Shown here: piece by piece, positions 10,366-20,158 of the stretch
How positions within the stretch are numbered: the stretch's first letter is position 1
Layout of the letters: each line of letters begins with the position of its first letter
Assembly: GCA_963720565.1 (NCBI GenBank)
Contig: CAVRFW010000009.1
Coordinates: forward strand, 441,322 to 505,321
Length of the DNA: 64,000 nt
Reading direction: 5' to 3'
Source of the DNA: Candidatus Bathyarchaeota archaeon
GTDB taxonomy: Archaea > Thermoproteota > Bathyarchaeia > Bathyarchaeales > Bathycorpusculaceae
Notes under the pieces: model-generated
Database searches by the model: none
Told to the model about the DNA's origin: nothing
Seen by the model: only the letters and a program-made list of their open reading frames with translations
Made by a program: the position numbers and the translations under genes

Positions 10366-11436
10366 GTGGTCCTGAGAATGGCGCGAATATCCAATTATGT
10401 TGGTGAAGAAAGAAACACTGGCGGCTATCAAGAAACGCTATGGCTAGGGCTGAGAATCTATCGCGGACTATTCTTAAACTTGTTTGGAAGAAAGACCCCC
10501 CTGTTTTGCGGACACAAATTAACATACAAATGCAATCTTCGATGCAAGATGTGCCCCTTCTGGCAAAGACCCAACGAAGATTCTAGCATAGAGCAAGAAA
10601 AGAAAATTCTAAGGCAAATTTATGATTCAGGTGCTTGTGCAGTCGCGTTTGAAGGCGGAGAACCTCTTCTCAGAAAGGATTTGGCTGAAATTCTTGCTTT
10701 TTCTAGGTCTCTGCCTTTGCACACAAGCCTCATCACTAATGGAACTCTCCTTGAATCCAGAATAGACGAGATAGCACAATACATCAACGGCGCCCTCTAT
10801 GTTTCGTTAGACGGCATGGAAAAAACTCATGACACGATCAGAGGCGTTAATGGTTGTTTTAGAAAAGCGGTAAGAGGCATAACGGCATCCAGAGAGAAAG
10901 TCCCTGTGACAATCAACACTACGATAATGGCTGAGAACATCCATGAGATTGAAGATTTGGTGAAGTTGGCAAAGGAATTGGATGCAAGAATATCCTTGGC
11001 AGTGGCGTATGAGTACTGCAACGCCAAGGCGTCCGCGCCTGCCGGTCACGAAATCAAAGAGATAGCTGGAAAACTTGTCGAGATGAAGAAGAAGGGTTAT
11101 CCTCTGGTGAATTCAATCAACTATTTCAAAGTCATTGCAAAAGAGAAAAACTGGACGTGTAAGCCTTGGGTATCGGTTAACGTTGGTCCAGAGGGAACGT
11201 TAGTCCTGCCCTGTTATGTTCGGAATGAATATGCGACTAGCGTTTCTGTTTTTGAAACTAGCATCAAAACTGCGATCTCTGGGTTTGACTGGAATGAAAC
11301 ACTGAACTGTCAAAACTGCAGTCTCCATTGTTATGTGGAGCCTTCTATGGTGCTTTCAGGGAATATTCGGACTTTCCTGAATTGGGTCGTTCAAGTTAGT
11401 CAGCTAGACTTTCTAAGAGCGCGCTTTTTTGTCTGA
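10366..11436 (+). CDS. Radical SAM protein (PTO1314-like) with C-terminal Cys-rich twitch/SPASM-like region
   Basis: CNLRCKMC, FEGGEPLLRKD, CKPW..LPCY..CQNCSLHCYVEPS. Confidence 0.85.
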   Translation: MVLRMARISNYVGEERNTGGYQETLWLGLRIYRGLFLNLFGRKTPLFCGHKLTYKCNLRCKMCPFWQRPNEDSSIEQEKKILRQIYDSGACAVAFEGGEPLLRKDLAEILAFSRSLPLHTSLITNGTLLESRIDEIAQYINGALYVSLDGMEKTHDTIRGVNGCFRKAVRGITASREKVPVTINTTIMAENIHEIEDLVKLAKELDARISLAVAYEYCNAKASAPAGHEIKEIAGKLVEMKKKGYPLVNSINYFKVIAKEKNWTCKPWVSVNVGPEGTLVLPCYVRNEYATSVSVFETSIKTAISGFDWNETLNCQNCSLHCYVEPSMVLSGNIRTFLNWVVQVSQLDFLRARFFV

Positions 11437-11811
11437 GCGTTTAAGCAGCGCACGCTACCAAAAGATTGAAATCTTGAGAAGCCTTGAATTTGGGCGGACG
11501 ATGAGAAAATCGAGGTACGATGAGGCTGGAGGCGGGGAAATAGTGCTGAAGGCTTGTGAAGTCTTTTTCCGCTATTGAGTCCACTTAACGATTAGTTTCT
11601 CAAGCATATGGGTAGGTAATTGAGATATGACGACGCTGCCAAGCGGATGCGCGCGTTGAGCCCACCTGCAGGTCTATGTCTTTCGTGTTTCCTGTTTTTT
11701 TGTCAGTTTCGCAAAAATTTTCTTCAAATACATTGCTGTAATTTCTCAAAACGTCACGTGTAGACTGTGGAAATCTGTAAATAGAGGGAGGATATTTGAG
11801 AGCTGTCTCTT

Positions 11812-12033
11812 TTATCGTGAGTCTTTGTTTCTTGACATGTAAGCCCAGGCGCTAATCAGCACGAGCGTTAGTGTTGCTCCTGCGAGTCCGGATACGATCC
11901 ATTTGATGTTTACGAGAGCTGGCAAAACAACCATAAGCCACGGAATTATGTAGTCTGCTGTTACCTGTGCGATTACGCCTGCCATAAATCCTAAGACAGC
12001 TACTACAGCGAATATTTTTAATCTATCACCCAT
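11812..12033 (-). CDS. Small two-TM membrane protein, divergent from the cdv operon
   Basis: Two hydrophobic helices; SD GGTGA upstream. Confidence 0.7.
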   Translation of the reverse strand: MGDRLKIFAVVAVLGFMAGVIAQVTADYIIPWLMVVLPALVNIKWIVSGLAGATLTLVLISAWAYMSRNKDSR

Positions 12034-12260
12034 TCATTTCACCTTTTTGTTTTAGCATTGGGTTAAGCTTCTTTTTAGTCTAACTTACACTTTTTTGTCT
12101 ATTATCTTAAGATCGACCACCTTGTCTTTTAATTTTCCAATTAAAGCCAATTTCGAGTTTTTCAGGCGTGTATAGCTCTACGTATATACGTGCATATTTC
12201 CGACATATTAACAACGTATAAGATTGTTCTCCGCAGTCTTTCTCGTACGGAGGATTTAAT

Positions 12261-12924
12261 TTGTCAGAAAGATTCGCGAAAAAATGGGAAACTAAGAAGA
12301 GAGGACCAAGCTTTCACTGACCGCATCAAGGATGCTGTGAAACCGCCGGGACCACTGAAGCCACGCCTCGACTTCGCTGTCAGACGCATAGAACTTCAGG
12401 TGCAGAAGCTCGACCAGGCCACAGACAGGTTCACGCAACGCGACAAGGCAATATTTGCAAGAATCGTTGACGCCTATACAAAGCACGACAGCGCCCGCGC
12501 AAATGTTTTCGCCAACGAACTATCAGAAGTTCGCAAGATGGAACGCCTAATCATAAACGCCAGACTTGCCCTCGAGCAAATAGTGTTAAGGTTACGAACT
12601 GTCTCCGAACTAGGAGATGTTGTATCAACCCTCGGACCAGCTGTGGGAGTTCTTCGATCCGTAAGATCAGGGCTAACAAGCGTGTTCCCAGAAGCAGAGA
12701 GCGAACTAGGCGAAATCGGCAACATGCTAAGCGGAATAATGCTAGAAGCAGGCCAAGGCTCAGGAATGACGCTGAACTTTGACACAGTAAACGAAGACGC
12801 AGCAAAGATTCTCAACGAAGCAGCAACAGTAGCTGAACAGAAGATAAAAGACAAATTCCCAGAATTGCCCCCAGGCATGCCTGCGGCAACTGCGGAAACA
12901 GAGAAAACAACGGAAAGCTTCTAA
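12261..12924 (+). CDS. cdvB1: ESCRT-III/Snf7 protein (CdvB1/B2-type, no wH domain); likely start TTG 12261 (MSERFAKKWE) with an indel near 12295
   Basis: ANELSEVRKM..ARLALEQIVLRLRTVSELGD Snf7 core; C-terminal FPELPP; GGAGG before 12261. Confidence 0.85.
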
Positions 12925-12939
12925 ACTGGAGGATGAAAA

Positions 12940-13656
12940 ATGTCATCAAACTCCAATCTTTTTCTTTCGATAGGAAAACCAATAAAAGACGAGTACGGTC
13001 GAATAATAGGCAAAGTTGCCTCTTTTGCATTGACACCCAATGGAAAATTTGACGCTGCTTTCATCGAATTTAACGACGGACAATTTTCGAAACAATCCTT
13101 GGACCACTTCAAATTTAATGGTACCGAAGTAACGTACATCTCGAAGATCAAATCTGAAGCGAACGTTCTCTGCGACCAGATACCACTAATTTGGCGCAAA
13201 GACCAAGCCCTCAGAGATCTCGCAGAAAAGAAGAAAATTTCGCCAGACATCTACCAGGAACTCCACAACAGCTTCGAAGGCGTATCAAATCAACTAAAGA
13301 AAGATGCACAAGTACTCATGGATGAACTTGCCGTCGAAATCGCACGATGCGACGAAGCAATGAAATCTCTAAGCTACGCAATCGTCAATCTTGAACTAGA
13401 ACACGAAATCGGACAGATCAACGAAGAAAACTACAAATCAGCTTTTGCGATGATACAAGAAAACCTCAAACGAATTAACGCGGAAAAAAGCGACAACGAA
13501 CAAGCCAAGAGTAAACTATCCAGCGTGTTGCTAGGCGATTCCTCAAAGCTTGACCTAAAACCCAAAACACCCCTTTTAAACCCAAACCAAACATCTGAAC
13601 TGCCAGAGCCACCAGTAGTAGTCTACGTGAAAGAAGTCGGAAAAGCTGGAATTTAG
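12940..13656 (+). CDS. cdvA: Cell division protein CdvA
   Basis: N-terminal PRC-barrel (IGKPIKDEYGRIIGKV), coiled coil, C-terminal PVVVYVKEV peptide; position within the cdv operon. Confidence 0.88.
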   Translation: MSSNSNLFLSIGKPIKDEYGRIIGKVASFALTPNGKFDAAFIEFNDGQFSKQSLDHFKFNGTEVTYISKIKSEANVLCDQIPLIWRKDQALRDLAEKKKISPDIYQELHNSFEGVSNQLKKDAQVLMDELAVEIARCDEAMKSLSYAIVNLELEHEIGQINEENYKSAFAMIQENLKRINAEKSDNEQAKSKLSSVLLGDSSKLDLKPKTPLLNPNQTSELPEPPVVVYVKEVGKAGI

Positions 13657-13671
13657 CCTCATTAGGCGAAG

Positions 13672-14586
13672 CTGTGGGCGGAGGGAACAAAGATAAGGCT
13701 AACAAACTCACCCCCTCCCCCGATACGTGATGTTGCAGCGAAATCCATTTACACACTGAGAACCCAGCAGAACAAGCTCGAACAAGCAAGCTATAGACTT
13801 AGAGAAAGAGACCGGATTCTTTTTGAAAGTTGCATGGGTGCTCTCAAGAAGAACAACAAAGAGCGCGCAGCAATGTGCGCCAACGAAATCGCTGAAGTGC
13901 GTAAACTCATAAAATTTCTCTACAATGTACAATTAGCAATAGAACGTGTAGTTCTGAGACTAGAGACAATAAAGGAACTCAGCGACATCGTTATCGACCT
14001 AAAACCTGCTCTGAAGCTTCTCCAAAACGTTTCGCAAGAACTATTCCAAGTCCTGCCCGATGTCTCGACAGAACTAAACACTGTAAATGAAGTAATACAC
14101 GATACCCTCTATGCAACAAAAATCAACGCAGATGAATCCCTCATACCTGTTGGCAGAAAAACGGAAGCCGGTGAAGAAATCCTAAAGGAAGTCACCACTT
14201 TCATAGAACAAAAACTAACAGAAACTCTGCCTGAACCACCCACAGCAAGTGTTCAATCGGAGAAAGCGAACCCAGTAAAACAGCTTGTCGCCCTAACCGC
14301 CAGCTGCTCCCAAACAATCGGAAGCAAAAACATAGATGAAATAGGCATCGACTCCTCAACAACCCTTTTTTCATATAAAAAATCCGAGATTAAGGAAATC
14401 TCGTTGAAAGTTGAGAAGCCATCACTAGAAGATGTGCTCCTCGAATACGTCAGAAAGAGCAACGGCGAAATTGACTTAAGCCATTGTTCAGACGAGTTGC
14501 AGACCTCAAACGAAGAAATTGAAAAAGCCCTTGAAAGCTTAGGAAGTAAGGGCAAAATAAAAATCGAATTAAAATCTCCCGAATAA
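13672..14586 (+). CDS. cdvB: ESCRT-III CdvB with C-terminal winged helix; frame is open from 13666, well upstream of the annotated ATG 13834
   Basis: Snf7 core (ANEIAEVRKL..LAIERVVLRLETI), LPEPP MIM2-like motif, wH tail LLEYVRKSNGEIDLSHCS..LGSKGKIKI. Confidence 0.85.
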   Translation: MWAEGTKIRLTNSPPPPIRDVAAKSIYTLRTQQNKLEQASYRLRERDRILFESCMGALKKNNKERAAMCANEIAEVRKLIKFLYNVQLAIERVVLRLETIKELSDIVIDLKPALKLLQNVSQELFQVLPDVSTELNTVNEVIHDTLYATKINADESLIPVGRKTEAGEEILKEVTTFIEQKLTETLPEPPTASVQSEKANPVKQLVALTASCSQTIGSKNIDEIGIDSSTTLFSYKKSEIKEISLKVEKPSLEDVLLEYVRKSNGEIDLSHCSDELQTSNEEIEKALESLGSKGKIKIELKSPE

Positions 14587-14601
14587 ATGGTGCAATAATT
14601 A

Positions 14602-15768
14602 ATGAGTGCTTCACAAGAACTTGAAAAAGCCGCAACGGCTTACGCTTTGGATGCCGTTCGGTTGGACAAACAAGGCGCAAGAGGCAGAGCTATAACTCTG
14701 TATCAGAAGGCAATCGAGAGTCTTTTACAACTTGTCCAACTCTATCCAGAATATGGTCTGAATAAAGTCTATGTTCAAAGAGCAATTGCCTACCAAGAGC
14801 GAATAAAAGTTCTGCAAGGCTCCGTTTCTGCTCACGAAATGCAGATGGAATCAAACAACGGCGGAGAAGGCGGAGAAACAGCCGCCGGAACTGGAAAACC
14901 GCCTACCGAACTTGTTGTGACGGAAAAGCCCAAAGTCAACTGGGAAGAAGTAGTCGGCTTGGATATGGCAAAGAAAGCCGTAAAAGAAGCCATTGTCTAC
15001 CCCGTTCAAAGACCCGACCTGTTTCCGTTGGGCTGGCCAAGAGGCATCTTGCTTTTTGGTCCACCAGGCTGCGGAAAAACGTTGCTGGCAGCCGCGGTCG
15101 CCACAGAAATAGACGCCAACTTCTATTCCATTGACGCCGCATCAATCATGTCCAAATGGCTCGGCGAGGCTGAACAGAATGTCGCCAAACTTTTCGGTTC
15201 CGCCAGGAAGTCCTCGATCGAAGGCAAAGCAGCAATTGTGTTCGTCGACGAGCTAGATTCTCTGATGGGGCAGCATTCGAACGAGGTAGGAGGCGAAATT
15301 CGCGTCCGCAACCAATTCCTCAAAGAAATGGATGGCATCGTAGACAAGGGCAAAAACCTTCATGTGTACGTCATCGGCGCCACAAACAAACCGTGGGATC
15401 TGGATTGGGCTTTCATACGCAGATTCCAAAAAAGAATCCTGGTTCCACTGCCTGACCATCACACGCGTCTAATGATGCTCAAGCTATACACTAGCAACCT
15501 ACAGATCGATAACAATGTGGACCTGCATGAACTGGCGCGACTTTCTGAAGGCTTCTCAGGAAGCGACATAAGAGACGTTTGCCAGTCAGCTCAGCTCAAA
15601 CTAATTGGCGAATTCTTCGAATCAGGCAAAGCCATGGATAAAGAGGCAAAACCACGGTTACTAACCATGACAGATTTCAGACAAATCTTTGAAGACCGCA
15701 AGCCAAGCGTGTCACTGGACATGTTGTCTTCGTACACCAGATGGTTTGAGGCTTTCAAAGCGCTGTAA
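14602..15768 (+). CDS. cdvC: Vps4/CdvC AAA+ ATPase
   Basis: N-terminal MIT domain, GPPGCGKT, IVFVDELD, SKWLGE, ATNKPWDLD..RRF. Confidence 0.95.
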   Translation: MSASQELEKAATAYALDAVRLDKQGARGRAITLYQKAIESLLQLVQLYPEYGLNKVYVQRAIAYQERIKVLQGSVSAHEMQMESNNGGEGGETAAGTGKPPTELVVTEKPKVNWEEVVGLDMAKKAVKEAIVYPVQRPDLFPLGWPRGILLFGPPGCGKTLLAAAVATEIDANFYSIDAASIMSKWLGEAEQNVAKLFGSARKSSIEGKAAIVFVDELDSLMGQHSNEVGGEIRVRNQFLKEMDGIVDKGKNLHVYVIGATNKPWDLDWAFIRRFQKRILVPLPDHHTRLMMLKLYTSNLQIDNNVDLHELARLSEGFSGSDIRDVCQSAQLKLIGEFFESGKAMDKEAKPRLLTMTDFRQIFEDRKPSVSLDMLSSYTRWFEAFKAL

Positions 15769-15971
15769 AAAGGAGGGGACAAAAAGAAACCTAAGTTTGG
15801 GTTGGGTGGAAAGGTTTGGAGAATTTTCCTTTTTGCACGCTCTCCCTTCTCCCCCCTCAATTAATCTCCAAGCCCCACAAACCTACAGAAACCAACCCAA
15901 CTTGAGTTTCATCTGTTTTGCCATTTCTGCAAAAGTTTCTCTAATATTATTAACAACAGTCGGTTAAGATT

Positions 15972-16445
15972 CTACGTTTTCATTTCTTCTCTGAAGATCT
16001 CTTCAAGCATCTTCTTGTTTATTCCGAGTTCCTCAGCCGAGCCCTTTACAAGCTTAACATACGTTCGGAAGAGGCTTTGAAGGATTTCGGCTTTCTCATG
16101 CTCTGATATTTCGCTTTCTTCCGCCAACAACAACGCAAACCATTTTCCAAGAATAGTTAGCTGGTAGGCTTTAACCCAGATTATGCGTCCATCTTTCTCG
16201 TTCTTTTCCATCAGCTCGGTTAGGACGCCGAGTTTTGTGAGCGTTTTTAGGTTCTCAATAATCGTCTTATTTGAGTAATTCAGCCGTCTAACAAGGTCTT
16301 TCTGGTAAATGTTCCTTGCAATGCCCTGTTTCAGGGCGAACCGCAGGACGTCTACACCTGCCTTAGAACCGAAAATCGCGCTGAGTATCTTATCCTTCTT
16401 TTCCGTTGGAAGAAAAACTACATAAGGATGTAACTTTTCACTCAA
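15972..16445 (-). CDS. Winged-helix transcription-regulator-like protein
   Basis: IYQKDLVRRLNYSNKTIIENLKTLTKLGVL..AYQLTILGK. Confidence 0.7.
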   Translation of the reverse strand: MSEKLHPYVVFLPTEKKDKILSAIFGSKAGVDVLRFALKQGIARNIYQKDLVRRLNYSNKTIIENLKTLTKLGVLTELMEKNEKDGRIIWVKAYQLTILGKWFALLLAEESEISEHEKAEILQSLFRTYVKLVKGSAEELGINKKMLEEIFREEMKT

Positions 16446-16633
16446 CGAAATCCCCTCTAAACAGCTCCCTGCTAAGCATTTAAGACTTCCGCAGAAAATC
16501 TCCAAGCAGTCTGCTGGGAATTCCCATCAAGGGTTTTTCTTCGACCCAAGTTTTCCACACAAAACCAGAGAAAATTGCACGGTGCTAACCTGTGCAAGAC
16601 CCAGATGTTTTTTGAGGCTTCTATTTTAACCCG

Positions 16634-16930
16634 CTATTTTGGTTCTTGCTGTTTTTCCCATTCAAGCCTGGTCTGCTTGATAATGGCGTCTAGACTCTTA
16701 GGATCTGAAAGATCCGCTATCGCACTGGTTAGCTCATACTTCACGAGCGATCCTATCTCAGTGGGCTTTAGGGCTTCTGGCCTTGCAGCTTGGTAGGTTT
16801 TGAGAGCTCGCATTCCAAACTTTACCATCAAGTTTTGCAGTTCCGTTCTCAAACTTGTCAATTCAGCGAGACTTTCTTGCATTGTTTTGTTGAAGTCTTC
16901 TTGATTCCACGTTTTCTTCTCTTCCGACAT
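16634..16930 (-). CDS. Hypothetical helical protein
   Basis: 98-aa ORF with ATG start and protein-like composition. Confidence 0.7.
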   Translation of the reverse strand: MSEEKKTWNQEDFNKTMQESLAELTSLRTELQNLMVKFGMRALKTYQAARPEALKPTEIGSLVKYELTSAIADLSDPKSLDAIIKQTRLEWEKQQEPK

Positions 16931-17012
16931 TTCTCATTCCAACAATTTCAGAGTTTACTCGTATTTGCTCGCAGACTTCATTATAGCTTTTTCCATTTCA
17001 TAGTGCTGTTTC

Positions 17013-18002
17013 TCAAATTGGAGGTTTAGGGATGTTCTTGGCGGTTAACCCTTCGTGTCTCCACTTTTCAAATTCTTTCGAGGGCGGATCGTTGAGGAAA
17101 AGCTGCTTTCGCGAAGTTTCCATAAAAGCATTTTCTTGACCATTGAATTCAGCAGCAGTCATCAGGCAGTTTCCCCTGTTCATGACCCTCTCGCGTATTC
17201 TTTTAATCCTGTTCTGCCATGTTTCATCCCTCAAGGCGTGGTGTTCTAAGATAATCACCGGCACGGTTTCGGCAAGGCTTGCAAGATTATTCAACCCCAA
17301 CATCAGTTGTGCTTCGCTAACCTTGAAGTCACTAAGATAGAAGGGCGGTCCTCCGACCATGAGCAAACCAGGTTTTGCTGTTTTGATAAGTTCAAGTGTC
17401 CTTTCTGACATTGGACCTTGGACATCTGGGGCGAACATAAACCGTTCATCCTCACATTCCACAAGAACCATTATGACCCATCCTGTAATGGCGTTGTCTG
17501 CTCCATGAGGAACTGGTTCTGAAAAACGCAGGACGGTTTTCCCAAACGTGAAATCCCTGTAGTCAGCGGGTTCAAGCGTCTTAGCTTGTTTTCCCCCTGT
17601 TTTCTGGAAAAGCCACGCGCGTTGTCTTTGGCTGGGGTTGATTTTCTCTCTCGGATTTTTAATCAGAACCCTTTTGTTCTGGTATATTTGACGCGCAGTC
17701 TCCACTTCCTCAGTCCAGTTAACAAGCCAGTCTTCGTACGAGGGCGTGTGATGATCAAAGTGATAATGACTTATAGTGACAACTTCAGCTTGTTCAGCAG
17801 CCTCTGCTATGCGATTTCTGAGTTTTTCAATTGTCCTAAACTCAGCTGGATGAGGCGGTAGGCCAAAACGGTACGGACAGAGTGAAATTCCAGCGTCCAA
17901 TAATACTTTCACGTCAGGGGTCTCAACCAGCGTACACATAGATCGAACGCCAAAACTTTCCGCCGCTAACGGGGTCACCTTAATCTTATCAAAACTAGAC
18001 AT
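17013..18002 (-). CDS. UPF0282-like metallo-beta-lactamase-fold hydrolase
   Basis: AAESFGVRSM, ISHYHFDHH, DVQGP, EHHALRD. Confidence 0.85.
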   Translation of the reverse strand: MSSFDKIKVTPLAAESFGVRSMCTLVETPDVKVLLDAGISLCPYRFGLPPHPAEFRTIEKLRNRIAEAAEQAEVVTISHYHFDHHTPSYEDWLVNWTEEVETARQIYQNKRVLIKNPREKINPSQRQRAWLFQKTGGKQAKTLEPADYRDFTFGKTVLRFSEPVPHGADNAITGWVIMVLVECEDERFMFAPDVQGPMSERTLELIKTAKPGLLMVGGPPFYLSDFKVSEAQLMLGLNNLASLAETVPVIILEHHALRDETWQNRIKRIRERVMNRGNCLMTAAEFNGQENAFMETSRKQLFLNDPPSKEFEKWRHEGLTAKNIPKPPI

Positions 18003-18158
18003 GGCTTTTTCATCATTCGATTAACCGCTGCAAAAACAGAAAAATGTTCCTATCGAAAAGCCCTACTGCTGGGATGGAGCAATCGCAAAAGGTTAATTGA
18101 ACTCATCGACATAGGAAACCTGAGCAAAAATCATCTGCAATGAAGGAAGCGAAAAGTT

Positions 18159-18716
18159 ATGACTCATGAGGAAAAAGAGAAAACGGAAATTGCCACACTT
18201 GCAGGAGGCTGCTTCTGGTGTATTGAAGCAGTTTTCAGCATAGTCAAAGGCGTCGAAAAAGTGACTCCGGGCTACACGGGAGGCTATCTCTCCAATCCCA
18301 CGTATGAACAAGTTTCAACCGGAACAACAGGGCATGCAGAGGCTGCACAGATAACCTTCAACCCCGAAACCATTTCCTACAAAGAAATACTTGAAATATT
18401 CTTTGCAACCCATAATCCTACAACGCTCAACCAGCAGGGACCTGACGTTGGAACCCAATACCGCTCAGCAATTTTCTACCAAAACGAGCAACAAAAAACG
18501 ACAGCTAACCAAGTTATCAATGAACTCGATAGAGAGGAAATATGGGACAAACCCATAGTCACTCAAGTGGAACCGCTGAAAGCTTTCTACCCTGCTGAGT
18601 CATACCACAAAGATTACTTCAAGCGAAATCCGAATGCGCCATACTGTCAAGCCGTAATTACTCCAAAGATACTCAAACTGCAACATCGATTCCTAAGCAA
18701 GCTCAAAACACCATAA
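18159..18716 (+). CDS. msrA: Peptide-methionine (S)-S-oxide reductase
   Basis: GGCFWC, GHAEA, GTQYRSAIF, AESYHKDY. Confidence 0.96.
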   Translation: MTHEEKEKTEIATLAGGCFWCIEAVFSIVKGVEKVTPGYTGGYLSNPTYEQVSTGTTGHAEAAQITFNPETISYKEILEIFFATHNPTTLNQQGPDVGTQYRSAIFYQNEQQKTTANQVINELDREEIWDKPIVTQVEPLKAFYPAESYHKDYFKRNPNAPYCQAVITPKILKLQHRFLSKLKTP

Positions 18717-19171
18717 CACGCATACTATGTCAACATTAAAATCTTCTATTTACCCATTTTCAAACTTCTGCGGGATTTCTTCACCAAATTAGGCAAAAAA
18801 TTTCAAACTATTTCATCTCTAAAACCCAATTCATGCCAAATTACGTTTTACAAGACTTGGCCAGCTGACTGAAGTAACTCTTCTCAAAATTGCCCTCAAA
18901 CGGAAAATTCACAAGGCGATTCTGACCTATAGGTTTTAATCACTGAAAAAAATGCTATCTATCTTGGCGGGCGATGACGACTCTGGCCCCGAAGACGTCG
19001 AGGATGATTTGGATCTTGAGTGTGACGCGCACTTTGAAATAACTTTTTAGTGCGCTGAAGAGCCTGCCACTTTGGAAGAAAAGGAAGAACAAGTTTTTTT
19101 TCAGAGCTTTTTGATCAATTGTACAAACGTTGCTAAGTGATTTTTTCCATTAGCCTGGAACAGGCAATATT

Positions 19172-20068
19172 CTATATGAAATATCCCAAGATTATCGAGA
19201 TCGCATAGATCAGCATGGCCAAGTGAAAAAGGGGCAGTGCCTTCATTCCAGAATTCGCGCTTTTTCCCTTCATTATCGTGTAATTGCCAATCGAGATCAA
19301 CAGCATTCCCGCAATGAAACCGGCAAGTGTTAAGGTTCCAAGTACAGTGAGAAAAATTATTGCGGTTGCGAAATGAAATATGCTGAAGAAAAGTATCCAG
19401 AAGGCTGTACCTTTCATTCCGTACATGGTGGGTATTGTGTTAAGTCCTTTGACCTGGTCATTGGCCACGTCAATGATGTCATTGACTCCTAGGTGAGCCA
19501 TGGCTAACGGATAGAAGAAAAAGACAAAAAGCAAGACAATGCTATCGGGGCTGCCGATGCATAGATATCCAGCGACTGGAAAGAGGGTGAAATCTATCCG
19601 TCCAACCAGCTGGGCTAACGGAAAGTTTTCTTTCCGCTTCTTGAATTGGTAGAATACTTCGAGGCAATAACAAATTGCCATTATGCTGATGACGTAGAGT
19701 GACTGTGGGAATGATAGTGTAAGAATCAGAATTACCGTGGACGAAACAAGCAGAGCAAAAAGCAAAAGTGCATTTCGCTGAGAGATTAAACCTTGAGGAA
19801 TCGGTCTTCTCCCAAAAACCCTCCAATACTTAGTCAGCTTATCGAATTCCACGTCTTTTCTGTCAATTTCAGCATCCACTATGTCATTCAAAACCAGTCC
19901 AGCTTCAAAGCCGAGGAAACCAATCAACGCAGCTTTAATTACTAGTAGCCATGAAAAACCGTCATATTGTTGGAAGGCTAGGAAGAGTCCGGAGCAAAAA
20001 AGTGTTGGCCAGACAAAAAAGAAGTGCAGGCGTGTGAGATCTACGTATGCTTTGATTGCTTCTTTCAC
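19172..20068 (-). CDS. UbiA-family prenyltransferase
   Basis: NDIVDAEID, RPIPQG, NDIIDVAND..GLNTIP. Confidence 0.88.
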   Translation of the reverse strand: MKEAIKAYVDLTRLHFFFVWPTLFCSGLFLAFQQYDGFSWLLVIKAALIGFLGFEAGLVLNDIVDAEIDRKDVEFDKLTKYWRVFGRRPIPQGLISQRNALLLFALLVSSTVILILTLSFPQSLYVISIMAICYCLEVFYQFKKRKENFPLAQLVGRIDFTLFPVAGYLCIGSPDSIVLLFVFFFYPLAMAHLGVNDIIDVANDQVKGLNTIPTMYGMKGTAFWILFFSIFHFATAIIFLTVLGTLTLAGFIAGMLLISIGNYTIMKGKSANSGMKALPLFHLAMLIYAISIILGYFI

Positions 20069-20158
20069 ATGGACTGCCTCGTTTCGCTCTCTTATTGGAT
20101 GGTTTTTGTTATTAAGCTGTTCTAACTATAGAATCAAGAAGGGCAAAGGCAATCCTTT

